A stretch of DNA of 64,000 nucleotides from contig JAXHNB010000006.1 of assembly GCA_034520945.1 (NCBI GenBank), positions 1-64,000 of the forward strand. Direction: 5' to 3'. Positions 47,513 through 57,651 of the stretch are shown here, piece after piece (the first letter of the stretch is position 1; each line of letters begins with the position of its first letter). Origin of the DNA: Trueperaceae bacterium (GTDB lineage: Bacteria > Deinococcota > Deinococci > Deinococcales > Trueperaceae). The notes under the pieces were generated by a model. That model saw only the letters and a program-made list of their open reading frames with translations. It did no database searches and was not told the origin of the DNA. The position numbers and the translations under genes are program-made.

Positions 47513-48010
47513 TCAGCCCTGCAGGTGCGCTTCGAGGAAGTACAGCGACTTGTCGATCTCGCGCGAGATCTCGGTGAACAGGTCCTCGGTGGTGGGGTCG
47601 CCCAGCTCGCCGGCGCGTTGCAGCGCGGCACGGGTGCTGGCGGCGTAGGCCGCCCAGCGCTCGGACAGGGCCTTCAGGTGCGCATTGCCGTCGGTGGCGT
47701 CGGTCGGGAATTCGGGGAGGGTGGAGGTTTCGGCCGCCATGCGGACGGTGCCGGTGGCGTACCCGCCGAGGGCGGTGACGCGCTCGGCCAGCTCGTCCGT
47801 GAACGGCTCGACCACGCCCGCGACCTGGTCGAACAGCAGGTGCAGCTGCATGAAGTCGGGCCCCTTGACGTTCCAGTGGGCCTGCTTGGTCTGGCTGTGC
47901 AGGTCGGCGTTGTCCGCCATCTGCTGGTTCAACAGCGAGACCAGTTCCTTGCGGGCGTCGTTCGCGATGTCGATGCGGGTCTGGAAGGTGCGATCGGTGG
48001 TGGTGGGCAT
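47513..48010 (-). CDS. dps: DNA protection during starvation protein
   Basis: KQAHWNVKGPDFMQLHLLFD, DELAER, DKSLYFLEAH. Confidence 0.95.
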   Translation of the reverse strand: MPTTTDRTFQTRIDIANDARKELVSLLNQQMADNADLHSQTKQAHWNVKGPDFMQLHLLFDQVAGVVEPFTDELAERVTALGGYATGTVRMAAETSTLPEFPTDATDGNAHLKALSERWAAYAASTRAALQRAGELGDPTTEDLFTEISREIDKSLYFLEAHLQG

Positions 48011-48077
48011 GGGATCCTCCTGTACTTCGAAGTGACGTTGGCGCGTCCCTCATGGGGGCGCGTCGGGTACGAGGCGT

Positions 48078-48108
48078 AGTCTAGCACATTTCTCGGAACC
48101 ATTCCGAG
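48078..48108 (-). promoter_or_regulatory. dps extended -10 (TGCTAGACT) with perfect 7-3-7 palindrome CTCGGAA-CCA-TTCCGAG over the -35 region
   Basis: Palindrome at 48092-48108; -10 at 48078-48083. Confidence 0.6.
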
Positions 48109-48132
48109 TTCTTTGGGCGACGTGCCAGCGTG

Positions 48133-49350
48133 TCAGCCGTTCGCCTCTCCCCGTAGCGCCGCCCGTGCCGCGGTCAGCGCCGCGTCGAGTCCGGCCGGCT
48201 CATGGCCCGCGCCCTGCGCCCGGTCGGGCCGGCCGCCGCCGCGCCCCTGCACCGCGGGAAGCGCGGCGTCCAGGAGCGGACGCACGTCCACGCCGGCGTC
48301 CGGACCCGCCTGGAACAGCAGCGTGACCCGCTGCGCCTCCCGCGCCGCCAACAACGCCACCGCGTCCGGGGCGTGCGCGGCGCAGGCCGTGGCCAACGCC
48401 TCCAGCAGGGCGGGGTCCTCTACCACCCGGCGTAGCACCCGTGGGCCCTCGCCCGCCCCCGTCTCGGCCGCGGCCTGTCGAACCGCGGCGTCGGCCCAGG
48501 CGGCACGGGCCTCGGCCGCGGCGCGTTCGGCGCTGCCCAGCGCGTCGCGCAGGCCCGCCACGCGGTCGGGCAGCTCGTCCCAGCGGCTGCTGAACGACTG
48601 CGCCAACGCCTCCGTCATGCGCACGGTGGCCTCCGCCCGCTCGCCGGCCTCCAGGCCGGCCCGGAAGGTCACGCGCGTGGCGCCCCCGCGGACCCGCTTG
48701 GTGCCGAGCGGCAACAGCGGCAGCGCCTCCGCGGTGCGGGCCAGGTGCGTGCCGCCGCACGCGGCCAGCTCGACCTCGCCCATTCGCACCAAGCGCACGC
48801 GCCCCGACACCTTCGGCGGGCGCCGCAGCGGCCAGCGGTCCAGCTCGGCCTCGTCCACCTCGAACGCGTCGACCTGTAGGTTGGCGTACCCCCAATCGCG
48901 GGCCAACGCGAACGCCTCTGCGACTGCGTCGGCGTCGGGCGCGCCGGCCAGGTCCAGCGTGGCGTCGGGCGCCTCCAGCGACACCGACGTCGTCTCGAAC
49001 GTGGGCGAGACCCGCACGAACGCCTGCGACAGCAGGTGCTGCGCGCTGTGGCGTTGCATGTGGCGGTAGCGGCGCGGCCAGTCGATCCGGCAGGTCACCA
49101 CCTCGCCCTGGCGCGGGACGGCGCCCTCCACCCGGTGCAGCACCGCCTCGGGCCCCGCCGCGGCCACGTCCACCACGCGCGCCTCGCGGCCCGCGAAGGC
49201 GATCACGCCGGTGTCGAACGGTTGGCCGCCCGAGGTGGGGTAGAACAGGCTCTCCTGAAGCGCCACCCAGGTGCCCGACGGCGCGTGGCGCAGGGCCAGC
49301 ACGCGCGTGTCCAGCGTGGTGCGGTAGGGGTCGATCTGTTCGGGTCGCAT
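48133..49350 (-). CDS. Alanyl-tRNA editing protein (AlaX-like with DHHA1 domain)
   Basis: FYPTSGGQPFDTG, HMQRHSAQHLL, ACGGTH, GRGGG. Confidence 0.88.
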   Translation of the reverse strand: MRPEQIDPYRTTLDTRVLALRHAPSGTWVALQESLFYPTSGGQPFDTGVIAFAGREARVVDVAAAGPEAVLHRVEGAVPRQGEVVTCRIDWPRRYRHMQRHSAQHLLSQAFVRVSPTFETTSVSLEAPDATLDLAGAPDADAVAEAFALARDWGYANLQVDAFEVDEAELDRWPLRRPPKVSGRVRLVRMGEVELAACGGTHLARTAEALPLLPLGTKRVRGGATRVTFRAGLEAGERAEATVRMTEALAQSFSSRWDELPDRVAGLRDALGSAERAAAEARAAWADAAVRQAAAETGAGEGPRVLRRVVEDPALLEALATACAAHAPDAVALLAAREAQRVTLLFQAGPDAGVDVRPLLDAALPAVQGRGGGRPDRAQGAGHEPAGLDAALTAARAALRGEANG

Positions 49351-49563
49351 CGCGGACGAAGGTAGCACGCACGGCGGCGCGTGCGCGTGCCGGTGGCGTC
49401 GCCGCGGCGTCCCTACCGGTCGCGCGGTCGCGCGCGCGCCGGGCGGCGCAGGCCGCGCCTCCGCGCTCGCCCAAAGCCGCGCACGACACGAAACCGCGGG
49501 GCCGGCGTGCGGCCCCGCGGGGGAGGAGGCGGCCAGGCGGGCCGCCCGGCGTCAGGGGTGGTG

Positions 49564-50148
49564 TCAGTTTCCGTCGACTGCGGCGTCCGCCGTGCTGAGC
49601 GAAGCGTCGAACACCCAGTCGTTGTCCTCGACCTGCACGTGGCAGCCGACGCAGCCCGCAGGCGTGCCCGCAGCGTCGACGTTGCCGTCCGCGGCGATCT
49701 TGGCCCAGAACCAGTCACCCGAATCGGGGGCGTAGCCCGGCACCTTGACCATGAACGTCCACGCGGCCAGGTCTCCCTCGAATCCCTCGACCGGCGCCTT
49801 GGCGTCCAAGGCATCCCGGTCCACGCCGGTCGGCATGTGATTCTCCTTCACGAACACGGCGCCCTCCGAGAAGGTGGCGCTCCCTTCGGCGATGTCCGCC
49901 ATGGCGACGTCGTTCACGAAGGTGCGCAGCACCATGCCGTGCGGCGGGGAGCCGGCGTAGAACCCTTCGGGCACGTCGGGCTCGTACGCCCACTCCTGGT
50001 ACTGCCCGTCGTAGGCGTCCAGCAGGACGGTGGCGAAGGCCCCGTCGACGGTGGGACCGCCGTCCTGGGCCAGGGCGGTCAGCGGCAGGCTCAGCAGGGC
50101 CAGCCCGCCGAGCGTGGCGACGAGACGCGGAACGATGGATCGGCGCAT
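49564..50148 (-). CDS. Cytochrome P460/c'-beta family periplasmic heme protein
   Basis: Signal peptide; FSEGAVFVKEN, MVK..GY...GDWFW, C-terminal CVGCH followed by DWVF. Confidence 0.78.
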   Translation of the reverse strand: MRRSIVPRLVATLGGLALLSLPLTALAQDGGPTVDGAFATVLLDAYDGQYQEWAYEPDVPEGFYAGSPPHGMVLRTFVNDVAMADIAEGSATFSEGAVFVKENHMPTGVDRDALDAKAPVEGFEGDLAAWTFMVKVPGYAPDSGDWFWAKIAADGNVDAAGTPAGCVGCHVQVEDNDWVFDASLSTADAAVDGN

Positions 50149-50407
50149 ACGTGTCCTCCTCTTTCTTCTCTCCGTGTAGTGCGACGCATGGGGACGTCAC
50201 CGGGTCGGACGATGTTCACTATGAAGCGCCGCGGGCCGGCGGTTCCGTCAAGCGGTTGACGCGGCGGCCCGCACCTTGCACCGTGCCTCGGGCGGTGCGA
50301 GGTGCGGAGCCAGGAACCGTGCCAGGAACGACGCGACGCACGGGTGCGGCGTCGTAGGCTTCCCCTCACGACGGGTCGCGGGCCGGCGGCCCGCCTGAGA
50401 GGACGAC

Positions 50408-51070
50408 ATGAACGATCCAAACGAGCGCGCCCCCCACACCGGACCGCTGGACGTCGACGCCGGCGTCCGGGACGAGGCGCACCTTCCGGACCCTGCCGGT
50501 CCCGAGTTCGACGAGGTCGGCGAGGCGCCGCTGGCGCCCCTGGTGGCGCGGTTCATCACCGGCCTGGGCGAGGACGTCGGGCGCGCCGGGATGGTCCGGA
50601 CGCCCGAGCGCGTCGAGCACGCGTTTCGGTTCCTGACCAGCGGCTACCACGCCGACGTGCACCAGGTGATCAACGGCGCGCTGTTCGAGGCGGAGGGCTC
50701 CGAAATGGTGGTGGTCAAGGACATCGAGTTCTACTCGTTGTGCGAGCACCACATGCTGCCGTTCTTCGGCCGCGCCCACATCGCCTACATCCCGGACCGC
50801 ACCATCCTGGGCCTGTCGAAGTTCGCCCGCGTGTTGGACGTGTACGCGCGCCGGATGCAGGTGCAGGAGCGCATGACCTCGCAGGTGGCCGACGCCCTGG
50901 TCGATGCGTTGCGGCCGCGCGGCCTGGCGGTCGTCACCGAGGCGCACCACCTGTGCATGATGATGCGGGGGGTAGAGAAGCAGGGGTCGTCGACGCGTAC
51001 GCACGCCATGCGCGGCGCCTTCCAAGACGACGCCCGCACGCGGCAGGAGTTCCTGGACGCCATCCGCTGA
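50408..51070 (+). CDS. folE: GTP cyclohydrolase I
   Basis: [37 protein letters not shown]. Confidence 0.95.
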   Translation: MNDPNERAPHTGPLDVDAGVRDEAHLPDPAGPEFDEVGEAPLAPLVARFITGLGEDVGRAGMVRTPERVEHAFRFLTSGYHADVHQVINGALFEAEGSEMVVVKDIEFYSLCEHHMLPFFGRAHIAYIPDRTILGLSKFARVLDVYARRMQVQERMTSQVADALVDALRPRGLAVVTEAHHLCMMMRGVEKQGSSTRTHAMRGAFQDDARTRQEFLDAIR

Positions 51071-51115
51071 CGCTCGACGCCCCGCGGCGCGTCGTGCGTC
51101 GCCAACGCCATCGGC

Positions 51116-51204
51116 ATACCAGACCAAGTCACTCGGGTATTGACACGGGGGGCCGGGCCCGGTACGTTTCCTCCCGGGGAAACTTGATCACATCACTCGG
51201 GAAT
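51116..51204 (+). promoter_or_regulatory. Promoter TTGACA-N17-TACGTT flanked by two 25-bp IscR/Rrf2-like boxes
   Basis: ATACCAGACCAAGTCACTCGGGTAT 51116-51140; AAACTTGATCACATCACTCGGGAAT 51180-51204; -35 at 51140, -10 at 51163. Confidence 0.65.
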
Positions 51205-51269
51205 GGGCTGCCCCGGCCCGACCCGGACCGGCACGGCGCCCGGGCGCGGCCGGTGGATTGGAGACCCGC

Positions 51270-52310
51270 ATGACCCTCAGCCGTACCGCGCAGAGCGCAC
51301 GTCCGCTCCTCCTGGCGCTGCTCCTCGCCGCCCTCGCCGGGGCCGCCATGGCGCAGGACGCCGTGGTGAACGTGTATACCGCCCGCCACTACGACACCGA
51401 CGAGACCCTCTACCAGCGCTTCGAGGAACTGACCGGCATCGAGGTCAACGTGATCGAGGGCGACTCGGATCAGTTGATCTCCCGCATCACCAGCGAAGGC
51501 GACAACAGCCCCGCCGACGTGTTCATCACCGTCGACGCCGGCCGGCTGTGGCGCGCCGAGCAGGCCGGCCTTCTGGACGCCGTGGACGCGCCGGTGCTGA
51601 ACGCCGTGGTGCCCTCCTCGCTACGGCACCCGGACGGCCTGTGGTTCGGCCTCACACAGCGCGTGCGCGGCATCGTCTACGCCACGGACGCGGTCGACGC
51701 GGATGCGCTGCCCAGCTACGAGGAGCTGGCCGATGATCGCTGGGAGGGCCGGCTCTGCATCCGCTCCTCCAGCAACGTGTACAACCAGTCGCTGCTGGCC
51801 TCGCTGATCGCCTCGCACGGCGCCGAGCAGGCCGAAGCCTGGGCCGCGGACGTCGTCGACAACCTCGCCCGCTCGCCGCAGGGCGGCGACACCGACCAGA
51901 TCCGCGCCGTCGCCGCCGGCCAATGCGACGTGGCCGTGGTGAACCACTACTACCTGGCGCGGCTGATCGCCTCGGACGACCCCGCGGACCAGGAGGTCGT
52001 GGCGCAGGTCGACTTCCACTTCCCCAACCAGGACGGCCGCGGGGCGCACGTCAACGTCAGCGCCGCCGGCGTGGTCACCACCGCGCCGCACCGCGCGAAC
52101 GCCGTCCGCTTCATCACCTACCTCACCTCGCCCGCCGCGCAGGAGGTGTTCGCCGCCGGCAACCACGAGTTCCCGGTGGTCGCAGGCGTCCCCGCCTCCG
52201 AGGTCGCCAGCGGCTTCGGACCGTTCCAGACCGACGCCGTCAACGTCTCGGTGTACGGCGAGAACAACCCCGAGGCGGTCCGCATCTTCGACCGCGTCGG
52301 GTGGCGCTGA
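51270..52310 (+). CDS. Fe(III) ABC transporter substrate-binding protein (FutA/IdiA-like)
   Basis: VYTARHYDTD, SPADVFITVDAGRL, RSSSNVYNQSL, GGDTDQIRAV, NHYY. Confidence 0.92.
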   Translation: MTLSRTAQSARPLLLALLLAALAGAAMAQDAVVNVYTARHYDTDETLYQRFEELTGIEVNVIEGDSDQLISRITSEGDNSPADVFITVDAGRLWRAEQAGLLDAVDAPVLNAVVPSSLRHPDGLWFGLTQRVRGIVYATDAVDADALPSYEELADDRWEGRLCIRSSSNVYNQSLLASLIASHGAEQAEAWAADVVDNLARSPQGGDTDQIRAVAAGQCDVAVVNHYYLARLIASDDPADQEVVAQVDFHFPNQDGRGAHVNVSAAGVVTTAPHRANAVRFITYLTSPAAQEVFAAGNHEFPVVAGVPASEVASGFGPFQTDAVNVSVYGENNPEAVRIFDRVGWR

Positions 52311-52340
52311 GCCACCGCGCCATCCCCGCTTCTCCATGAA

Positions 52341-52376
52341 GGCGCGCCCCCGGACCCGGGTCCGGGAGCGCGCGCC
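52341..52376. terminator. GC-rich hairpin between convergent Fe transporter genes
   Basis: GGCGCGC..CCCGGACC-CG-GGTCCGGG..GCGCGCC. Confidence 0.45.
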
Positions 52377-52389
52377 CTGGGCGCCGGCG

Positions 52390-54111
52390 TCACCGCCCCG
52401 TCGTCTGTGCCCGCCCGCGCGCGATGCCCCAACTGAGCAGCACCACCGGCACCAGCCCCACCAGGGCGATCGCCAGCGCGCCCGGCGCGGCCTGCGCCAG
52501 GCGTTCGTCCGACGCCAGCCGGTAGACGCGCACCGCCAGCGTGTCGAAGTTGAACGGCCGCACGATCAGCGTGGCGGGCAGCTCCTTCATCACGTCGACG
52601 AACACCAGCAACGCCGCGGTCAGCAGGCTGCCCCGCAACAGCGGCACGTGCACCCGTATCAACGTGCCCAAGGACCGCCAGCCCAGGCTGCGCGCCGCGT
52701 CGTCCATGCTGGCGGTGATCTTGCTCAGGTTCGCCTCGACCCCGCCGTAGGCGACGGCCAGGAAGCGCACCAGGTAGGCGAACACCAGCCCCGCGATCGT
52801 GCCCGACAACAGCAATCCGGTGGACAGGCCGAAGCTGGCCTCCAGCCAGGCGTCCAGGCGGTTGTCGATCCAGCCGAGGTGCATCAGCACCCCCACCGCG
52901 ATCACCGAGCCCGGCACCGCGTACCCCATCGAGGCCACCCGCGTGGCGATGCGGACCATCCGGCTGGGGCGCAACCGCCGCCCGTACGCCAGCACCAACG
53001 CCGCAAGGATCGTCAGCACCGCGGTCAGGCCTGCCACGCCGACCGTGTTGCGGAGGTGCGTGAAGAAGCCGGCGTCCAGCCGGGCCTCGTGGCTGAAGGT
53101 CATGACGGCCAGGACGGTGGCGGGCAGGAGGAAGCCGAGCACCACCGGCAGGGCGCAGAAGGCGCTGGCCCCGGCCGCCCGCCACCCCCGCAAGCGGTAG
53201 CGGGCCAACGGTTGGAAGCGGCTGGTGAGCGGCTGGGCCGCGGGCCGCTGGCCCAGCGTTCGCTCCATCACCAACAGCACCAGCACGAACCCCAGCAGCA
53301 GCGCCGCCAGTTGCGCGGCCGCGGCGGGCTCGCCCAGGCCGAACCAGGTGCGGTAGATGCCGGTCGTGAACGTGATCACCCCGAAGTACTCCACCGTCCC
53401 GAAGTCGGCCAGCGTCTCCATCAGCGCCAGCGCCGTGCCGGCCGCGATCGCGGGCCGCGCCAGCGGCAGGGAGACCAACGCGAAGCCTTTCCACGGGCCG
53501 CGGCCCAGGCTGCGGGTGGCCTCCAGCATCGAGTTGGACTGCTCCAGGAACGCCGTCCGGGTCAGCAGGTAGACGTACGGGTACAGCGCCAGCGTCAGCA
53601 TCGCCACCGCGCCGGGCAGCGACCGGATGGTCGGGAACCAGTAGTCGCGGCCGCTCCAGCCGGTCATATCGCGGAGCCACGACTGGAGCGGCCCCGAGAA
53701 CTGCAGGAAGTCGGTGTAGGCGTAGGCCAGGATGTACGCCGGGATCGCCAGGGGCAGCAGAAGCGCCCACTCCGCCACGCGCCGGCCGGGGAAGGTGGTC
53801 ATGGTGATCAGCCAGGCGCCGCCCACCCCGAGCACCAGGGTTCCGGCCGTGACGCCCAGCATCAACAGCACAGAGTTGCGGACGTACTCCGGCAGCACCG
53901 TGGTCGCCAGGTGCGTCCAGATCTCGCCCGCGGGCGTGAACACGCTGGCCACCACCACCAGGATCGGCGCGGCGATCAGCAGCGCCACCCCGATCACGAC
54001 GAGCTCCCACAGCCAGGAGCGGCCGCGGAAGCGGCCACGCCCGCCCGGTCGCGCAGGCGTGGCGGCGCGGGGGGCGAACGGGCGGGGGAGGGGGACGCGC
54101 GGCCTGTCCAT
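52390..54111 (-). CDS. Fe(III) ABC transporter permease (FutB-like)
   Basis: LLPLAIPAYILAYAY, LYPYVYLL, two EAA-like loops, DVMKELPATLIVRPFNFDTLA. Confidence 0.92.
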   Translation of the reverse strand: MDRPRVPLPRPFAPRAATPARPGGRGRFRGRSWLWELVVIGVALLIAAPILVVVASVFTPAGEIWTHLATTVLPEYVRNSVLLMLGVTAGTLVLGVGGAWLITMTTFPGRRVAEWALLLPLAIPAYILAYAYTDFLQFSGPLQSWLRDMTGWSGRDYWFPTIRSLPGAVAMLTLALYPYVYLLTRTAFLEQSNSMLEATRSLGRGPWKGFALVSLPLARPAIAAGTALALMETLADFGTVEYFGVITFTTGIYRTWFGLGEPAAAAQLAALLLGFVLVLLVMERTLGQRPAAQPLTSRFQPLARYRLRGWRAAGASAFCALPVVLGFLLPATVLAVMTFSHEARLDAGFFTHLRNTVGVAGLTAVLTILAALVLAYGRRLRPSRMVRIATRVASMGYAVPGSVIAVGVLMHLGWIDNRLDAWLEASFGLSTGLLLSGTIAGLVFAYLVRFLAVAYGGVEANLSKITASMDDAARSLGWRSLGTLIRVHVPLLRGSLLTAALLVFVDVMKELPATLIVRPFNFDTLAVRVYRLASDERLAQAAPGALAIALVGLVPVVLLSWGIARGRAQTTGR

Positions 54112-54123
54112 GACGCACCTGGC

Positions 54124-54897
54124 TCAGCGCAGCAGGGCGGAAAGCCAGTCGGCCACGCCGAGCTCTTCGGGGGCGGCGATCCGTTCGTCCGCGACCGCGA
54201 GCACCTCGGCCGTGGGGCGGGGACCGACGACGACGCCGCGACCGGCCCAGGCCAGCATGGTGACGTCGTTGGCGCCGTCGCCGAAGGCGACCGTTTCACT
54301 GCGGGGCACGCCCAGCCGCTCGGCGATGAGGGCCAGCGCCGCCCCCTTGTCGGCGTCGGTGGCGGTGATCTCGAGGTTGCCGTCGTCCCACGCGTAGGTG
54401 GTCACGTCGAACGACGCCCGCACCTGCGCCTCGATCGTGCTGGAGGAACCGTTGCCTCCGAACACGATCTTGTCGGCGTCCCGGACGGCGTCGATCTCGA
54501 AGCGGGCGACCGCGCGGCCCGTGGTGTGCGCCCAGGCCCAGCGGGGGTCGTCGGGGTCGTTCACGTGCAGCACGTCGTCGATGATGCACGCGAACGGCAC
54601 GCCCCCGGGCAGCAGCGGCGGCGACAGGATGGCGCGGACGGCGTCGGCCGGCATGCGGCGGCGTTTGAGCACCTCGCCTCCTGGGCCGACGACCATGGCG
54701 CCGTGATTCACGCTGTACGGACCCGGCAGCACCTTCAGGTGCGCCAGCATCGGCTGCGCCGCCCCTGGCGGCCGGCCGGTGAGGACGGTCACGTGGTGGC
54801 CTTTCGCCCGGGCGGCCGCGATGGCGGCGGCGATCTCGTCCGGGATGCGGTGGTCGGCCGTGACGACGGTGTTGTCGAGATCGAAGGCCAGCAACAT
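54124..54897 (-). CDS. Cof-like HAD hydrolase
   Basis: AFDLDNT, LTGR, DKG, AFGDGANDVTM. Confidence 0.9.
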   Translation of the reverse strand: MLLAFDLDNTVVTADHRIPDEIAAAIAAARAKGHHVTVLTGRPPGAAQPMLAHLKVLPGPYSVNHGAMVVGPGGEVLKRRRMPADAVRAILSPPLLPGGVPFACIIDDVLHVNDPDDPRWAWAHTTGRAVARFEIDAVRDADKIVFGGNGSSSTIEAQVRASFDVTTYAWDDGNLEITATDADKGAALALIAERLGVPRSETVAFGDGANDVTMLAWAGRGVVVGPRPTAEVLAVADERIAAPEELGVADWLSALLR

Positions 54898-55092
54898 TAC
54901 CGACCAGCCTACTCCGGATTGGCGCTGCGCGCGTCGCCCAAGCACGTGCCGGCGACCGGGCCGGCGCCACGCCGGCCGGGGCGAGCGCGTGGATCGCGGC
55001 CGCAGGCCGCGTGATATCGTCTTAGCAGACCGCGTTCCGCAGGCGGGGCCTCCCCGCGCCGCCGCCTAGGGAAACCCGAGGAGGTCATGCGT

Positions 55093-55452
55093 ATGTACAG
55101 GGGACGCGAAGGCCAATGGGCCTTCATTTTTCACCGCCTGTCGGGCGTGGCGCTGGCGTTGTACCTGCTGCTCCATGTGATCGACATCAGCTTGGTGATG
55201 TACGGGCCCGACGGCCCGTTCAACGCGTTCTTGGCCTTCTATCACCAGTGGCCCTTCCGCGTGGGCCTACTGTTGGTGATCGCGGGCGTGGTGTATCACG
55301 GCCTGAACGGCCTCCGCATCATCTTGATGGACTTCACCGGTTGGGGGGTGCGCTACCAGGGCGCCCTCTGGTACGGCGTCCTGGGTCTCACCACCGTGAT
55401 CGGCATCCCGGTGCTGATCAAGATCGTGCCCGAGATCGTCGGAGGCGCCTGA
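55093..55452 (+). CDS. sdhC: Succinate dehydrogenase cytochrome b556 subunit
   Basis: MYRGREGQWAFIFHRLSG, YHGLNGLRIILMDF. Confidence 0.92.
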   Translation: MYRGREGQWAFIFHRLSGVALALYLLLHVIDISLVMYGPDGPFNAFLAFYHQWPFRVGLLLVIAGVVYHGLNGLRIILMDFTGWGVRYQGALWYGVLGLTTVIGIPVLIKIVPEIVGGA

Positions 55453-55453
55453 G

Positions 55454-55873
55454 ATGGCCACGCGCCCCCGCACCTTCCAGCAGGCCCGCAGCACGTATCG
55501 CACCAACCCCGAGTTGGCCTGGTGGGTGTTCATGCGCATTTCGGGCATGTTGTTGATCTTCCTGGCGTTCGCCCACGTGTTCTTCAACAACATCCTGATC
55601 GACGCGGCCACCATCGACTACGAGTACGTCGCCGAGCGCCTCAGCCAGCCGGCGGTGAAGGTGTTCGACACCTTCTTGCTGGGCCTCGCCATGTTGCACG
55701 GCACCAACGGCCTGCGCTACTCGGTCGAGGACTACGTCCGGCGCCCCGGCCGCCGCTTCTGGACCAAGACGATCCTGTACACCCTCGCCGCCATCATTTT
55801 CGTGCTGGGCGTCATGACGCTGTGGGCGTTCAGCTACGACGAGATGGGCGCCGCAGTCCAGGCGCTCGACTGA
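55454..55873 (+). CDS. sdhD: Succinate dehydrogenase membrane anchor subunit
   Basis: [23 protein letters not shown]. Confidence 0.92.
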   Translation: MATRPRTFQQARSTYRTNPELAWWVFMRISGMLLIFLAFAHVFFNNILIDAATIDYEYVAERLSQPAVKVFDTFLLGLAMLHGTNGLRYSVEDYVRRPGRRFWTKTILYTLAAIIFVLGVMTLWAFSYDEMGAAVQALD

Positions 55874-55904
55874 CCGTGCGAGCCTTCGGAGGAACCCACC
55901 CACG

Positions 55905-57641
55905 ATGAGACCCCATAGGTACGACGTGATCGTGGTCGGCGCCGGCGGCGCCGGCCTGATGGCGGCGAAGTACGCGGCCCAGCAGCCCGGCGTCTCCGTC
56001 GCCGTGATCAGCAAGCTCTACCCCACCCGCTCGCACACCGGCGCGGCGCAGGGCGGCGTCGGCGCCGCCCTCGGCAACGTGAGCGAGGACCACCCCGCCT
56101 GGCACGCCTTCGACACCATCAAGGGGGGCGACTACCTCACCGACCAGGACGTCGCCGAGAGCTTCGCGCACGAGGTGATCGAGGCGGTGTACGAGCTCGA
56201 GCACATGGGCCTGCCGTTCAGCCGCACGCCCGAGGGCCGCATCGCGCAACGCAAGTTCGGCGGGCACACCCGCGACTACGGCAAGAGCGCCGTCGAGCGC
56301 GCCTGTTACGCCGCCGACCGCACCGGCCACATGATCCTGCAGACGCTGTACCAGCAGTCCATCAAGGACCAGGTCACCTTCTTCAACGAGTACCACGTGC
56401 TCGACGTGATCCTCGACGAGGGCGAGTGCCGCGGGGTGGTGGCGTACGAGCTGGCCACCGGCGCGCTGCACACCTTCCACGCCAAGTCGGTCATCATCGC
56501 CACCGGCGGGTTCGGCCGCATGTTCAAGGTCACCTCCAACGCGCACGCGCTGACCGGCGACCTGAACAGCATCCTGTACCGCCGCGGCCTGCCGATGGAG
56601 GACCCCGAGTTCTTCCAGTTCCACCCCACCGGGCTGTACCGGATCGGCGTGCTCCTCACCGAGGGCGCCCGCGGCGAAGGGGGCGTTCTGCGCAATTCCG
56701 AGGGCGAGCGGTTCATGGAGACGTACGCCCCCTCCATCAAGGACCTGGCGCCCCGCGACATGATCTCGCGCGCCATGTACCTCGAGGTGGCGGAGGGGCG
56801 CGGCGTCGGTCCCGACAAGGACTACCTGCTGCTGGACCTCACCCACATCGACGCCGAGATCATCGAGGAGCGCCTTCCCGACATCACCGAATTCGCCCGC
56901 ATCTACCTGGGGGTGGACCCCATCCACGAGCCGGTGCCGGTGCAGCCGACCGCGCACTACGCCATGGGCGGCATCCCCACCACCGACGGCACGCACGTCA
57001 TCACCGACGGCCAGAACACGGTGGTGCCGGGCCTGTACGCCGCGGGCGAAGTCGCCTGCGTCAGCCTGCACGGCGCCAACCGGCTCGGCACCAACAGCCT
57101 GGGCGACCTGATCGTCTACGGCCGCCGCGCCGGCCAGAACGCCGCCGCCTTCGCCGCCGAGACGCCGTGGCACGACCTGCCCGCCGGCGTGGAGGACCGC
57201 ACCCGCGAGCAGTTGGACGGCATCCGTGCCGCGTCGGGCTCGGAACGCGTCTCGCACCTGCGCAAGGAACTGCAGGACTCGATGATGGACAACGCCTCGG
57301 TGTTCCGCACCGACGAGACGCTGGCGCGCCAGGTCGACAAGCTGAGCGAGCTGCAACGGCGCTACCGCGAAGTGTCGGTCGACGACACCGGCTCGGTGTT
57401 CAACACCGAACTGATGGAGGCGGTCGAGCTGGGCTACCTGCTGGACAACGCCGAGATGCTGGTGCACGCCGCCCGCAACCGGACCGAATCGCGCGGCGCG
57501 CACTCCCGCGAGGACTACGCCGACCGCGATGACGAGACCTGGCTGAAGCACACCCTCGTGTACAGGGAGGGCGGCGGGGTCCGCATCGACTACAAGCCCG
57601 TGACGCTCGGCCGCTACGAGCCCAAGCCGCGCGTCTACTGA
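55905..57641 (+). CDS. sdhA: Succinate dehydrogenase flavoprotein subunit
   Basis: [41 protein letters not shown]. Confidence 0.97.
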   Translation: MRPHRYDVIVVGAGGAGLMAAKYAAQQPGVSVAVISKLYPTRSHTGAAQGGVGAALGNVSEDHPAWHAFDTIKGGDYLTDQDVAESFAHEVIEAVYELEHMGLPFSRTPEGRIAQRKFGGHTRDYGKSAVERACYAADRTGHMILQTLYQQSIKDQVTFFNEYHVLDVILDEGECRGVVAYELATGALHTFHAKSVIIATGGFGRMFKVTSNAHALTGDLNSILYRRGLPMEDPEFFQFHPTGLYRIGVLLTEGARGEGGVLRNSEGERFMETYAPSIKDLAPRDMISRAMYLEVAEGRGVGPDKDYLLLDLTHIDAEIIEERLPDITEFARIYLGVDPIHEPVPVQPTAHYAMGGIPTTDGTHVITDGQNTVVPGLYAAGEVACVSLHGANRLGTNSLGDLIVYGRRAGQNAAAFAAETPWHDLPAGVEDRTREQLDGIRAASGSERVSHLRKELQDSMMDNASVFRTDETLARQVDKLSELQRRYREVSVDDTGSVFNTELMEAVELGYLLDNAEMLVHAARNRTESRGAHSREDYADRDDETWLKHTLVYREGGGVRIDYKPVTLGRYEPKPRVY

Positions 57642-57651
57642 GGGGGGCGAC

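Noticed and set aside
50309..50329. Direct repeat GCCAGGAAC x2
   Set aside because: Only two short copies in GC-rich DNA; chance not excluded
50354..50407. Hairpin and CCGCCTG before folE, suggesting a ZTP or folate riboswitch
   Set aside because: Leader is too short and lacks the conserved aptamer core
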